Positions 31,714-40,429 of a stretch of 64,000 bases of DNA are shown piece after piece. Made by a program: the position numbers and the translations under genes. Source of the stretch: a virus; IMG/VR virus record IMGVR_UViG_3300025110_000002, positions 4,124-68,123 of that record; one strand, given 5' to 3'. Under the pieces are notes generated by a model, which saw only the letters and a list, made by a program, of their open reading frames with translations, was not told the origin of the DNA and searched no databases. Within the stretch, counting starts at the first letter, position 1, and the number at the start of each line of letters is the position of its first letter.

Positions 31714-31953
31714 TTATGTATTTTTTGTGTTATTAATGGATTTTGTTGCGCTTCTGTTTGTTTTTACACTAACAAACCGGTTTCTATTGTGATCATAGTC
31801 CATGCCGTCTAAATTTTTACCGGCTTTAAGGGCTTTTCGTCGCAACTTTTGATTTTCTGCTTTCATTGCTCGACGCCGCGGAGTCATCGCGGTCTTTTTA
31901 TCTCGCAGTGCTTTACGGCGTTTTGCATATATTGAAAGAGCTTGTTTAGACAT
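31714..31953 (-). CDS. Basic protein with a partial HNH-like motif
   Basis: GMDYDH...SVKTNR, 79 aa. Confidence 0.5.
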   Translation of the reverse strand: MSKQALSIYAKRRKALRDKKTAMTPRRRAMKAENQKLRRKALKAGKNLDGMDYDHNRNRFVSVKTNRSATKSINNTKNT

Positions 31954-32264
31954 TAGTCCATACCTAGTTTACCTTTTATGTACTTTTTAGCTTTATTGTA
32001 AGCTTTAGGTATTTCTACAGCTAAATCAGTGGCACCCCTTTGTTTACCAACGTTTGCTTTAATTTTTCCACCAGCAAATTTTCTTTGTCCTGCGCTTGCT
32101 TGCATTCCAGATCCTGCTTTTCCAACAGATAGTCTGTCTCTTCTTTCAGCATCTGTTTCTTTACCTTTAGTTTCTTTCTTTTTTTGTGTAGTTTGCTTGA
32201 TAGGAGAACCTTTCCAAGCCTTCATTACTCCAGATTTGGGAGTCATTTTAAATGGTGAGCTCAT
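31953..32264 (-). CDS. Basic hypothetical protein, first gene of the late block
   Basis: Begins MSSPFKMTPK...GSPIKQ. Confidence 0.6.
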   Translation of the reverse strand: MSSPFKMTPKSGVMKAWKGSPIKQTTQKKKETKGKETDAERRDRLSVGKAGSGMQASAGQRKFAGGKIKANVGKQRGATDLAVEIPKAYNKAKKYIKGKLGMD

Positions 32265-32304
32265 TGTTTTATATTTTTAAAGTTTAACATACATGTATAC
32301 AGTC

Positions 32305-32321
32305 TATTATTACGCGTTTAA
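32305..32321 (-). promoter_or_regulatory. Putative late promoter motif TTAAACGCGTAATAATA
   Basis: About 40 nt upstream of the first late gene, sharing the CGTAAT core with 12164-12180 and 39830-39846. Confidence 0.5.
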
Positions 32322-32405
32322 TTCATTTTTTATATTTAGAGTAAAAACCTACTATATATTATATTATAGTGCAATTTTTCTAAAAAGGGACAGTTTTATG
32401 AAAAT

Positions 32406-32453
32406 AGTGACGTTTGCCTGCTATTATTATATATATAACTACCTTTTGTCACA
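32406..32453 (-). promoter_or_regulatory. Dyad element A (GTGAC-N36-GTCAC containing TAATAGCAGGC)
   Basis: Its reverse complement closely matches 38434-38479. Confidence 0.6.
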
Positions 32454-32555
32454 CTGCTTCAAAAAATTTTATTAGATATAATGAGGTGAAATGTAACGCC
32501 TAACGTATTGGGTACCAGCCCGTTACAGAAAACCCTTTTTCCGAACCCACCCCCC

Positions 32556-32580
32556 TAAGTTACTGATTGTCAACTAGTTG
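32556..32580. promoter_or_regulatory. Back-to-back IHF-consensus sites
   Basis: AATCAGTAACTTA (-) is a full WATCARNNNNTTR match and TGTCAACTAGTTG (+) has one mismatch. Both lie in the divergent intergenic region. Confidence 0.4.
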
Positions 32581-32720
32581 GTTTTACCTTTTCCGTACTT
32601 GTTTTGTACACACTAAATACGAAACTAATCGGATAATATAAATAAAAAACCTCCCGTTCGTTTTAGCTTTTGTGTATAGCAAATGTACACACCAAATACG
32701 AATCCTTTCGGATAATAAAT

Positions 32721-33486
32721 ATGAATGATAAAAATATAATTATGTATAATATAAATAAACACACAATAAAAAATATAATAAGTCAAGAGTTATTAATGTT
32801 ACATTCTAAAGATTTTAATTATCACGGTACGAAAACTCAAATAAAAAACATGAAAGATATTTATGAATATATTTTATGTACACACTAAATACGAGTTGAT
32901 TTGGATAATATATATGAACTTAAAATAATAATACTATGACTATTAAAATTTATGACCAAGACACTAATAATTATATAGATGAAATATATCTAACTAATAT
33001 TAATAATAAAAAAGAGATAGAACAAAATATAGAAGAATACTATAATTTAAATAAAATATATTATTCAATAGTTTAAGACCTCGACCAATACCTAACTAAT
33101 AAAATATAATAATAAACAAAATACATACTTTTATGGATATTAAATTAATAAGAAGAATAGAAAGACAAAATAAAAACACAAATAAGAAAATGACAATGTA
33201 TAGTCTTGGACAAAAGAGTGTTACACGAATAAGTTTTAGTAAAAATGCCTTATGGAATTATTTAGATTATACTAAAGAATATTATGCACATACAAGATTA
33301 CATACCTAATACGACTAAAATTGGATAATATAATTGAATATAAATAATAATAAAATGACAAAACTACATAAAATAATAAACAGTTACAAAAATAATAATA
33401 TGAACAAAATTAGATTAAGTTATAATTTAAAGAACTATTATAATTTAACTGAAGAAGAAAGACTAACTATAGTAAAAAATATTTAA
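32721..33486 (+). CDS. Cluster of four tiny early ORFs (32721-32888, 32936-33076, 33133-33309, 33355-33486)
   Basis: Manually translated 43-58 aa ORFs lying between the promoter-like repeats. Confidence 0.5.
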
Positions 33487-33487
33487 A

Positions 33488-33697
33488 ATGACCAATAGAG
33501 AAATAATTAGAAAAAATTTAATGTTAACAAACAATATTATGGGCAAAAGATTTAGAATAGAATTAGGAATATTTCTACACGAATATTCAAAGAATTTATG
33601 GGACTGTGATGGTTTTGATTTATTACCTGAACAGAATAAAGAATGGATACGAAATAGTGTCTTAAACGAAATGGATAAACAATTAAGATTAAAATAA
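33488..33697 (+). CDS. Early hypothetical protein
   Basis: 69-aa ORF in a co-directional array. Confidence 0.6.
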   Translation: MTNREIIRKNLMLTNNIMGKRFRIELGIFLHEYSKNLWDCDGFDLLPEQNKEWIRNSVLNEMDKQLRLK

Positions 33698-33703
33698 TAT
33701 AAA

Positions 33704-33901
33704 ATGAGCAACGCATATAATATAGGCAGAATTTTAGGACTAGTAAGAACTTTAGAAACAGACTTACATTTAATAGAAAACCTTTGTATAAATGAAGAAT
33801 CTATGGAATATAGAGAAAAGACTGGAAAAAGATTAGTTAAAGAAGCTAATGAAAGACTAAGTGAAATATATAAAATCGCGGACGAATTAGAATTAATTTA
33901 A
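33704..33901 (+). CDS. Early hypothetical protein
   Basis: 65-aa ORF. Confidence 0.6.
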   Translation: MSNAYNIGRILGLVRTLETDLHLIENLCINEESMEYREKTGKRLVKEANERLSEIYKIADELELI

Positions 33902-34219
33902 ATGCTATACACAATGGAAAATAATAATAAATATGAGGGGTGGACAAATTATGCCACATGGAGAATAAACCTAGAATTATTAGGAGATTATGATTGGGCT
34001 AATGAAGTTTTAGAAAGTGATAATGAAAGCTGGAGACCAGATGTTGACTATTTAAAAGATTTAGTTGAAAACTGGGTTTTTGAGAATCATACAGGAAGTT
34101 TAGGCTTGGTTGAAGATTATGCGAGAGCTTTTGTTGATCAAGTAAATTACTATGAAATATTAGAACATATTTTAGAAGATATAGACAATGAATTAAAAGC
34201 AAGAGGAGATGAAAGTTGA
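33902..34219 (+). CDS. Early acidic protein with YEGWTNYATW motif
   Basis: A Y.GWTNY.TW N-terminal motif is common in phage early regions. The start could be 33914. Confidence 0.65.
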   Translation: MLYTMENNNKYEGWTNYATWRINLELLGDYDWANEVLESDNESWRPDVDYLKDLVENWVFENHTGSLGLVEDYARAFVDQVNYYEILEHILEDIDNELKARGDES

Positions 34220-34448
34220 TAATAATAATTATGCAGGTGGAAAAACTGTAAAAGAAATGGAAGAACAACTAAAAAGATGTTTGGACTTTGAAGAAAAATA
34301 TGGAAAATCTATAAGAACCACTTCTTGGATCAAATGGTGCACGAGTGAAAAATATAGAAAAAGATCTCAGGATTTTAATCAATCAATTGCCAGAACAATG
34401 AGGAGTATGAATCCTGTTAAACTATATAATATAATAAATAACAAATAA
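34209..34448 (+). CDS. Early hypothetical protein
   Basis: 79-aa ORF. Confidence 0.6.
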   Translation: MKVDNNNYAGGKTVKEMEEQLKRCLDFEEKYGKSIRTTSWIKWCTSEKYRKRSQDFNQSIARTMRSMNPVKLYNIINNK

Positions 34449-34459
34449 AATTAAATAAA

Positions 34460-34816
34460 ATGGAAAAAACTAAACAAAGATTAAGAGACACTTATCCTCA
34501 AGTAGAAAAATTAGAGGATTATTTAAATATAGAAATTACCGACAATGACTGGACAAATAAAGACTTAGAAATCACTGAATGGAATACAGCTGATGGATAT
34601 GAAATATATGTAATGAGTGAAGACTCTTCACAATTAAATTGGGAAAATGATGTTTATTATTATAAACCTGACACGGAAACAGTACTGGAACGTATTGAAC
34701 AAGCAAGTTTAGATTTTGGTGAAGGTGCTAGAATTTTAATATATGATATTGAAGAGCATTTACCTGAAGACGAAGTTGAAGATTGGATAAATAGTAAAAC
34801 AGAAGAAGATGAGTAA
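34460..34816 (+). CDS. Very acidic early protein
   Basis: 118 aa, strongly D/E-rich. Confidence 0.65.
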   Translation: MEKTKQRLRDTYPQVEKLEDYLNIEITDNDWTNKDLEITEWNTADGYEIYVMSEDSSQLNWENDVYYYKPDTETVLERIEQASLDFGEGARILIYDIEEHLPEDEVEDWINSKTEEDE

Positions 34817-34986
34817 AACAAAAGAACTTAGAGTTTTAATTGATAAAATTAAACTACAAACTAAAACAGAATTAGATAGAATTGTTCACTGGGAAGTTAC
34901 AGACTGGTCAGAAGATAAAGAAAGTTATATAAAAAAAATTATCTCTGAAGAATTATTCCATGAATATAATAAAGAAAATAAATAAT

Positions 34987-35130
34987 ATGAAAATGCTATA
35001 CACACACAGAAAATATTCAAATTGCTGTGACGCTTGGCCTTTAAGTGAGGTTGACGAATACAACACGGGGAGATGTTCTGCGTGTTTAGAAGGAGCAGTG
35101 TTTATTGATGAACACATCAAATACGAATAA
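34987..35130 (+). CDS. Small Zn-ribbon-like protein
   Basis: Manually translated 47 aa with SNCC...GRCSAC. Confidence 0.5.
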   Translation: MKMLYTHRKYSNCCDAWPLSEVDEYNTGRCSACLEGAVFIDEHIKYE

Positions 35131-35150
35131 AACTGGATAATATAATTGAA

Positions 35151-35420
35151 ATGAAAACATTTGATAGATATAAAATAAATTTAAAACAAGTAGGTAACGA
35201 CATATATTCATATGATACTCACGTTGCTGAAATAATTGGGGATTACCTTTACAAACTTAAATGGAATGTAGGAAGTATGACATCAAGCCCAACTACAAGC
35301 AAGCATATTAATTATGCAGCAAATGAGCTTGGTTTAACAGTAATTGAAAACGGCCAATGGAAAGATGAATACTGGCCAACTTTAAGTTCTGACGAAAAAT
35401 TAAAATTTAGAATAAAATAA
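35151..35420 (+). CDS. Early hypothetical protein
   Basis: IYSYDTHVA...SPTTSKHIN, immediately after repeat copy 5. Confidence 0.65.
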   Translation: MKTFDRYKINLKQVGNDIYSYDTHVAEIIGDYLYKLKWNVGSMTSSPTTSKHINYAANELGLTVIENGQWKDEYWPTLSSDEKLKFRIK

Positions 35421-35701
35421 ATAATATGAACAAAAAACAATTGCCAGATAATTGGTGGGATCTAGGTATCAACCCAATTGTAGGATATAAATTACCAAAA
35501 GTAAGTTTTAAAAAACAACATAAAAGAAATAAATGGGAATATCCTCCTGAAGAAGATATAAAACTATGAAAACAAAAATACAATTTACAATTAATAATCA
35601 ATTTAGAGTTATTTGGAAAAATGGAGAAATTTTTGGAGGATATAAAGACTTTAGCAGTAAAGAACTGGCTGAAAAATTTATTAAAAAATTAAACACAGAA
35701 T

Positions 35702-36172
35702 ATGAACAGTAAAATAATTAAAAAAACAGTAGAAAATACTTTTAATACTAAAATAGACACACGTTCAAGAGAAAGAGATTTAGTATATATAAGAAGTATT
35801 TATTATAAGCTTTGTAGAGATTTCACAAGGGAATCATTATACTTAATTGGAAAAAATGTTAATAGAGATCATGCTACAGTATTACATGGCCTTAAAGTTT
35901 TTGATCATATTATTGATAATTTTTGGGAAAAAGAATTAATGGATAAATATTTAGGTATTAAAAAAAGGATACAAGGTAAAGTTAAAATAGAGGTTAAAAG
36001 TTATGACCCTGATAAATTTTATAGAGATAAATATAGAATTAAATTATTACAAAATATAAATATGTATCGTTTTACAAAAAATTGTATTAACATACTTGAA
36101 CAAAGAGAATTTAAATATTCAAATAAGTTAAAAAAAGAACTTAATGATATAATTAATGATAATCAATACTAA
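35702..36172 (+). CDS. Stand-alone DnaA domain IV (C-terminal HTH) protein
   Basis: SRERDLVYIRSIYYKLCRDFTRESLYLIGKNVNRDHATVLHG matches the DnaA signature R...R....YL......SL..IG..F.RDHTTV.H. There is no AAA+ domain. Confidence 0.85.
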   Translation: MNSKIIKKTVENTFNTKIDTRSRERDLVYIRSIYYKLCRDFTRESLYLIGKNVNRDHATVLHGLKVFDHIIDNFWEKELMDKYLGIKKRIQGKVKIEVKSYDPDKFYRDKYRIKLLQNINMYRFTKNCINILEQREFKYSNKLKKELNDIINDNQY

Positions 36173-36178
36173 ATTAAA

Positions 36179-36385
36179 ATGGGAAATTTAGAACAAATAA
36201 GAAGAATAGAAGGATTAAGTAATGCAACAGAATTAATTGAATCTACATTTAAAGAAATCTATAATGATTTAATAGAAGATGGATTTGAAACAGATGAGAT
36301 AATACATTATATAGAAGCTAAAGCAAACAAAACCCTTCTAAATATGCATTTAAAAGAAATAGAAGTAGAAGCAATAATAGTTTAA
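36179..36385 (+). CDS. Early hypothetical protein
   Basis: 68-aa acidic ORF. Confidence 0.55.
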   Translation: MGNLEQIRRIEGLSNATELIESTFKEIYNDLIEDGFETDEIIHYIEAKANKTLLNMHLKEIEVEAIIV

Positions 36386-36396
36386 TTGCTATACAC

Positions 36397-36500
36397 AGGG
36401 AAAAGTCTGGAAGCCGAAAGGTAGAAAGGTGATATAAACAGATAAAAGAGTATAAGACTATCATAGAGCATCTCTAACATTCCAGTTTCACCCGTTCCCT
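36397..36500 (+). ncRNA. Candidate structured ncRNA with a pseudoknot, family unknown
   Basis: Non-coding gap with pairings AGGGAA/TTCCCT, CTGGAA/TTCCAG, GCC-GAAA-GGT, GGTGA/TCACC and TAGAG/CTCTA. Confidence 0.5.
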
Positions 36501-36512
36501 AACTTATACAAG

Positions 36513-36584
<72 letters not shown>

Positions 36585-36599
36585 CTAAATATATAAATT

Positions 36600-36869
36600 A
36601 TGAAAAATAAATATGATATGAAATATATTGATGAAAGAATAGAAGGAATGATTATTGCTAAACTTTCTTATTATAGATTAAGAGTTAGAGATTTAGTAAA
36701 TAAACGTCATGCTGCTAATTATCCTGATTTACATTATATTTCTGTTACAGGAGCAATAAGAGACCTTAGGGTGTGGATGCAAATGGCTAAATTAATTGAA
36801 AAAGCTTATGATGGATTTGTTCCATCAGAACCTTACGCGATTTATATGGCCAAAAAGCTTACAAATTAA
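36600..36869 (+). CDS. Hypothetical protein
   Basis: 89-aa ORF whose stop lies within repeat copy 6. Confidence 0.55.
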   Translation: MKNKYDMKYIDERIEGMIIAKLSYYRLRVRDLVNKRHAANYPDLHYISVTGAIRDLRVWMQMAKLIEKAYDGFVPSEPYAIYMAKKLTN

Positions 36870-36896
36870 ATACAAACAATTAAAGATAATATCAAC

Positions 36897-37097
36897 ATGA
36901 GCATAAAAGATTTAAAAGAATACGTAATAAATAAACGCAAGGCCCAACAAAAAAAATGGGAAGAAGACGTCAAAACGTATGGCGCATGCCAGCCTCTAAC
37001 ACTAAAAGAGTATCTTAAATATAAAGACATTATAATAGCTGGTAAAAAAAATCATAAAATAAAATTCGTGCATAACAGATTATGGAAAAGAAAATAA
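36897..37097 (+). CDS. Hypothetical protein
   Basis: 66-aa ORF just after repeat copy 6. Confidence 0.55.
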   Translation: MSIKDLKEYVINKRKAQQKKWEEDVKTYGACQPLTLKEYLKYKDIIIAGKKNHKIKFVHNRLWKRK

Positions 37098-37270
37098 AAC
37101 CTGAAGAACTTGCTTCTACTATGTGGGATTTTGTGCACGATATAAATTGTGGCTATTACGACGGTGGTAATCCTCTTGACAAGGATTTAATGGCTATTAA
37201 TGAAATAATTGAAGCTGCCGAAGAGATTATTACAAATAAAGAACATATAATTAAAGATATAATTAAATGA
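37082..37270 (+). CDS. Hypothetical protein
   Basis: 62-aa ORF. Confidence 0.55.
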   Translation: MEKKIKPEELASTMWDFVHDINCGYYDGGNPLDKDLMAINEIIEAAEEIITNKEHIIKDIIK

Positions 37271-37536
37271 CAAACGCGGAAATAGATAAGTTGGCTGATG
37301 CAATATTAAATAAATTAGTAGAGCATTGGAAAAAGGAAGAGAATCAACAACACCATTATGTAGTAACTGATGAATTTGGAAATTCTAGAAATGTAACTGA
37401 ATATGAATATTTACAATATGAATTACATAAATTAGAACAACTAGAAAAAAGGTATGCTAAAAATGAGGAATTTGAAAAAGCAAATATAATAAAGAATAAA
37501 ATAAATAGACTAGTAAATAAAATTAAAAAATTATGA
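37267..37536 (+). CDS. Protein with C-terminal UVR (UvrB/C) coiled-coil motif
   Basis: YAKNEEFEKANIIKNKI matches the A...E.FE.AA..RD.I pattern. Confidence 0.6.
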   Translation: MTNAEIDKLADAILNKLVEHWKKEENQQHHYVVTDEFGNSRNVTEYEYLQYELHKLEQLEKRYAKNEEFEKANIIKNKINRLVNKIKKL

Positions 37537-37751
37537 CAAATTTAATCACGGAAAAATTAAAAGTAGATTCAAGGGCCATAAAATATATGGTATATAACTA
37601 CGACCTTAGCACATTAAAGGTTAAGTTTAATTATGGTGGGGAATATACATATTTTAAAGTATCAACAGATGAATTTATATCTATGAAATATGCCCCCTCT
37701 ATTGGAAAACACTTTAATGAAAAAGTAAAAGCTAAATATCAATTTATATAA
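37533..37751 (+). CDS. KTSC-domain protein
   Basis: VDSRAI...Y....L.VKF..G.EY.YF.V...APSIGKHFNEKVK. Confidence 0.85.
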   Translation: MTNLITEKLKVDSRAIKYMVYNYDLSTLKVKFNYGGEYTYFKVSTDEFISMKYAPSIGKHFNEKVKAKYQFI

Positions 37752-37996
37752 TGGGTAGTTTTTTACTAGGAATTGTAATGATGCTAAGTGGATGGATAGT
37801 AGCTATATTTGAAGAACAATTTGGCAAATATAGTATGGCTATTCTATTACCAATAATGTTTATTATAGATAGCGCAGTTATATTTTTTTATTGGAGTATA
37901 GGGCTAGATAAGTTGACAATAGGATCCGGTGTAATTATAGGAACGTTATTAAAACTTATTATATTTGCTTTATATAACAAATACAACGACGTATAA
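37751..37996 (+). CDS. Small membrane protein
   Basis: Three hydrophobic segments in 81 aa. Confidence 0.6.
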   Translation: MGSFLLGIVMMLSGWIVAIFEEQFGKYSMAILLPIMFIIDSAVIFFYWSIGLDKLTIGSGVIIGTLLKLIIFALYNKYNDV

Positions 37997-38014
37997 ATTA
38001 ATTGCTATACACGG

Positions 38015-38146
38015 TTGAAAACTAATAAAAGAAATACGATAAAATGCAGTCAATGCAATATGCAATTCCCAGGTGGTTTTGAGTACAGAATTCATTGGGA
38101 AAAAATGCATTTAAAAGAAGCTATTAAAAATAAAGATAAAAAATAA
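38015..38146 (+). CDS. Tiny C2H2 zinc-finger protein
   Basis: TTG start, 43 aa, with C-x2-C-x12-H-x4-H (CSQCNMQFPGGFEYRIHWEKMH). Confidence 0.6.
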   Translation: MKTNKRNTIKCSQCNMQFPGGFEYRIHWEKMHLKEAIKNKDKK

Positions 38147-38228
38147 TATAACATATTGGTTATGAGCAGATTAAAATTATATAGACACTTTTTAATTACT
38201 AATTACAGTAACATAAAAACAAAAATAG

Positions 38229-38438
38229 ATGATTTTCGAAAAGCTAAAAACAAGAAAAACAAAACACGTAGAGATAGTAGGTGACCATATATATTCTTTA
38301 CACTCAAAATTAATGAGAGAAGTATTAGATTTATATGGCCTGAAAGGGCATGATCTTACTATTAAAGCAAAAGAAATGCAGTGTAAAGTTACAAGAATAA
38401 AAAAGTATAAAAAATATTTAGATCTTGTAAGACTGTGA
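38229..38438 (+). CDS. Hypothetical protein
   Basis: 69-aa ORF, start uncertain. Confidence 0.55.
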   Translation: MIFEKLKTRKTKHVEIVGDHIYSLHSKLMREVLDLYGLKGHDLTIKAKEMQCKVTRIKKYKKYLDLVRL

Positions 38439-38479
38439 CGATAGTAAATTAATATAATATAATAGCAGGCTAATGTCAT
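38434..38479 (+). promoter_or_regulatory. Dyad element B (GTGAC-N35-GTCAT containing TAATAGCAGGC)
   Basis: Inverted copy of element A, overlapping the ATG of the HTH gene at 38473. Confidence 0.6.
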
Positions 38480-39090
38480 ATAGAAATTTAGCATATTTAA
38501 ACAGCCGTCGACTAATTTATAGACGAGGACCCTTAACTGACACCCCATCTGAAAAATTTATTTGGGGTGACTTTTATAAGGATGGAACTTATCAATGTTA
38601 TGAGTTGTTTAAAAGTAAAGCCAAAATAACATCGTATAAATCATTTAAATGGCATATCTTAGTGCTGTGGTATTTAAATGCTAATATGAATTTGAAAGAA
38701 ATTACTGAATTAGCTATGTTTCTTGCAAATAAAGAAAATGGGTTTGTAAGCATAACTTTATCTCCCACAACAATACAATACATTGTAAATGAGGTTGATA
38801 AAATAGATCTTGAAAGGCCACCTAAAAATAAATTAAGAAAAATAATTTTTAAAGATCGATCAGGATTAGATAAATTAGAAAAATTAAGAATTGTAGGAAA
38901 ATTAATTGGTAAAAAGAAGAAAGCAGAGCCCAATGATATATATGAAGCTATGATGTATATTAACCATGCTGAACAAAAAATTACTATCAATTCAATAGCT
39001 AAAGTATTAAGTGTATCAACTAGAACAATATATAGGAATATAACTAAGGAAATTAGAGAAGAAAAAATATTGTTAAATGAAGAAATATAA
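38473..39090 (+). CDS. HTH DNA-binding protein (regulator or replication initiator)
   Basis: C-terminal HTH ITINSIAKVLSVSTRTIYRNI. First gene of the replication block. Confidence 0.7.
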   Translation: MSYRNLAYLNSRRLIYRRGPLTDTPSEKFIWGDFYKDGTYQCYELFKSKAKITSYKSFKWHILVLWYLNANMNLKEITELAMFLANKENGFVSITLSPTTIQYIVNEVDKIDLERPPKNKLRKIIFKDRSGLDKLEKLRIVGKLIGKKKKAEPNDIYEAMMYINHAEQKITINSIAKVLSVSTRTIYRNITKEIREEKILLNEEI

Positions 39091-39820
39091 TATACAAAAC
39101 TATATAAGACTAAAAAACGAATTATATGTTTATGAAAATTCCTCTAAAAAACAAAATGAAAGAGAGATACTAATTATATCAAATATAAAAATGGTAGAAA
39201 ATATAGCAAGAAAATTTTCAACATCACAGCAAGCTTCCGGCGTTTTAGATATTACAGATCTAATACAAGAGGGAAGTATAGGATTAATACAAGCTGTTGA
39301 TAAAATTGATTGGGAAAGAATAGACACATCTGATGACCCAAAAAGATCACTTAATAGTTTTTTAAGTAAAAGAATTAAAGGGGCTATACGGCGCGCTATA
39401 GATATAAATAGAGGTAATATACGTATACCTGAACATAAATTAAATGATATAAGAAAAAATTCAGCTAAAGAACAAGCAATGGTGCAAGCATTTTTTAATA
39501 GTATTTTTTTAAGTATTGATAATCCTTCACCAGATACTAGTATGGTATATGAAATACCAGATAAAGCAAAAGAGTATAATTTAGATATTTTAAATAAATA
39601 TTTATTATCTATAATGGAAACACATCTAAATATAAAAGAATATGATGTGTTAAGAATGAGCTATGGTTTAGACTGTGATAAAATGACCGCTAAAGAAATA
39701 GCCGCTAAATTAAATGTAAAAGGGATAGCCTCTTATGTAAGAATATCCCAAATAAAAAGAGAGGCAATAAATAAATTAATAGAAACCGTAGATCCAGCGC
39801 AAGTAGCTGATTTACTTTAA
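39077..39820 (+). CDS. Sigma70-family RNA polymerase sigma factor
   Basis: Region 2 DLIQEGSIGLIQAVDK...RIKGAIRRAI..IRIP and region 4 VLRMSYGL...EIA...RISQIKREAINKL. Confidence 0.92.
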   Translation: MKKYNIQNYIRLKNELYVYENSSKKQNEREILIISNIKMVENIARKFSTSQQASGVLDITDLIQEGSIGLIQAVDKIDWERIDTSDDPKRSLNSFLSKRIKGAIRRAIDINRGNIRIPEHKLNDIRKNSAKEQAMVQAFFNSIFLSIDNPSPDTSMVYEIPDKAKEYNLDILNKYLLSIMETHLNIKEYDVLRMSYGLDCDKMTAKEIAAKLNVKGIASYVRISQIKREAINKLIETVDPAQVADLL

Positions 39821-39850
39821 CTTTAATCATTAACACGTAATATATATAAT

Positions 39851-40429
39851 ATGACAATCCACGAAAAATTAAGTTTAATTCAAAAAGAATTTAAGGCGAA
39901 AAAATCGCGTTATAATTCATTCGGCAAATATAACTTCAGATCAGCCGAAGACATTCTCGAAGCATTAAAACCCGTAAATGAAAAACACGGAGTTTATTTT
40001 ACAGTAACTGAAGAGTTAATTGAAAATACACCTATGCCTATTATCAGAAGTATTGCAACTATTTTTGATAATGAAGGGGCTAATTTTATATCTGCAGCTG
40101 CAATTGTAGGGGTTGATTTAAATCAAAAGGGTATGCAAGCACCTCAACAGTTTGGTAGTGCGTCGAGCTATGCAAAGAAATATGCACTTGGCAATTTATT
40201 ACTAATTGACGACACGGCAGATGCGGATGCAACTAATGACCATGGGAGATTTTTTAAAAGAGAAACATTAAAACCAGACAATACTACTTCTAAAAATACA
40301 AAACCGCTTATAGATATGAATAATATAGATCAAGCTAAAAAGTATTTATCAAATGGAGGGAAGTTAAAAACATTAGAAAATAAATATACAATAACTAAAG
40401 AAGTAAGAGAATCATTAATTAATGGATAA
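39851..40429 (+). CDS. ERF-family single-strand annealing protein
   Basis: YNFRSAEDIL and QQFGSASSYAKKYALGNLL.IDD..DAD. Confidence 0.88.
   Translation: MTIHEKLSLIQKEFKAKKSRYNSFGKYNFRSAEDILEALKPVNEKHGVYFTVTEELIENTPMPIIRSIATIFDNEGANFISAAAIVGVDLNQKGMQAPQQFGSASSYAKKYALGNLLLIDDTADADATNDHGRFFKRETLKPDNTTSKNTKPLIDMNNIDQAKKYLSNGGKLKTLENKYTITKEVRESLING

Noticed and set aside
31714-31953. Mobile HNH homing endonuclease or intron
   Set aside because: Only a partial motif in 79 aa, and terL, nrdA, nrdB and thyA are uninterrupted.
32608-35150. 39-bp repeats as a CRISPR or mini-CRISPR array
   Set aside because: Spacing is irregular (79, 193, 420, 1812 nt), the intervals hold ORFs, the internal 8 nt vary, and no cas genes are present.
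35702-36172. Chromosomal dnaA gene
   Set aside because: Only domain IV is present, with no AAA+ domain and no dnaN context.
36397-36500. Hammerhead ribozyme, known riboswitch or true RNase P RNA
   Set aside because: CTGGAAG does not fit CUGANGA and there is no UH after the candidate stem III. Riboswitch consensus blocks are absent, and it is far shorter than RNase P RNA. It is kept only as an unknown ncRNA candidate.
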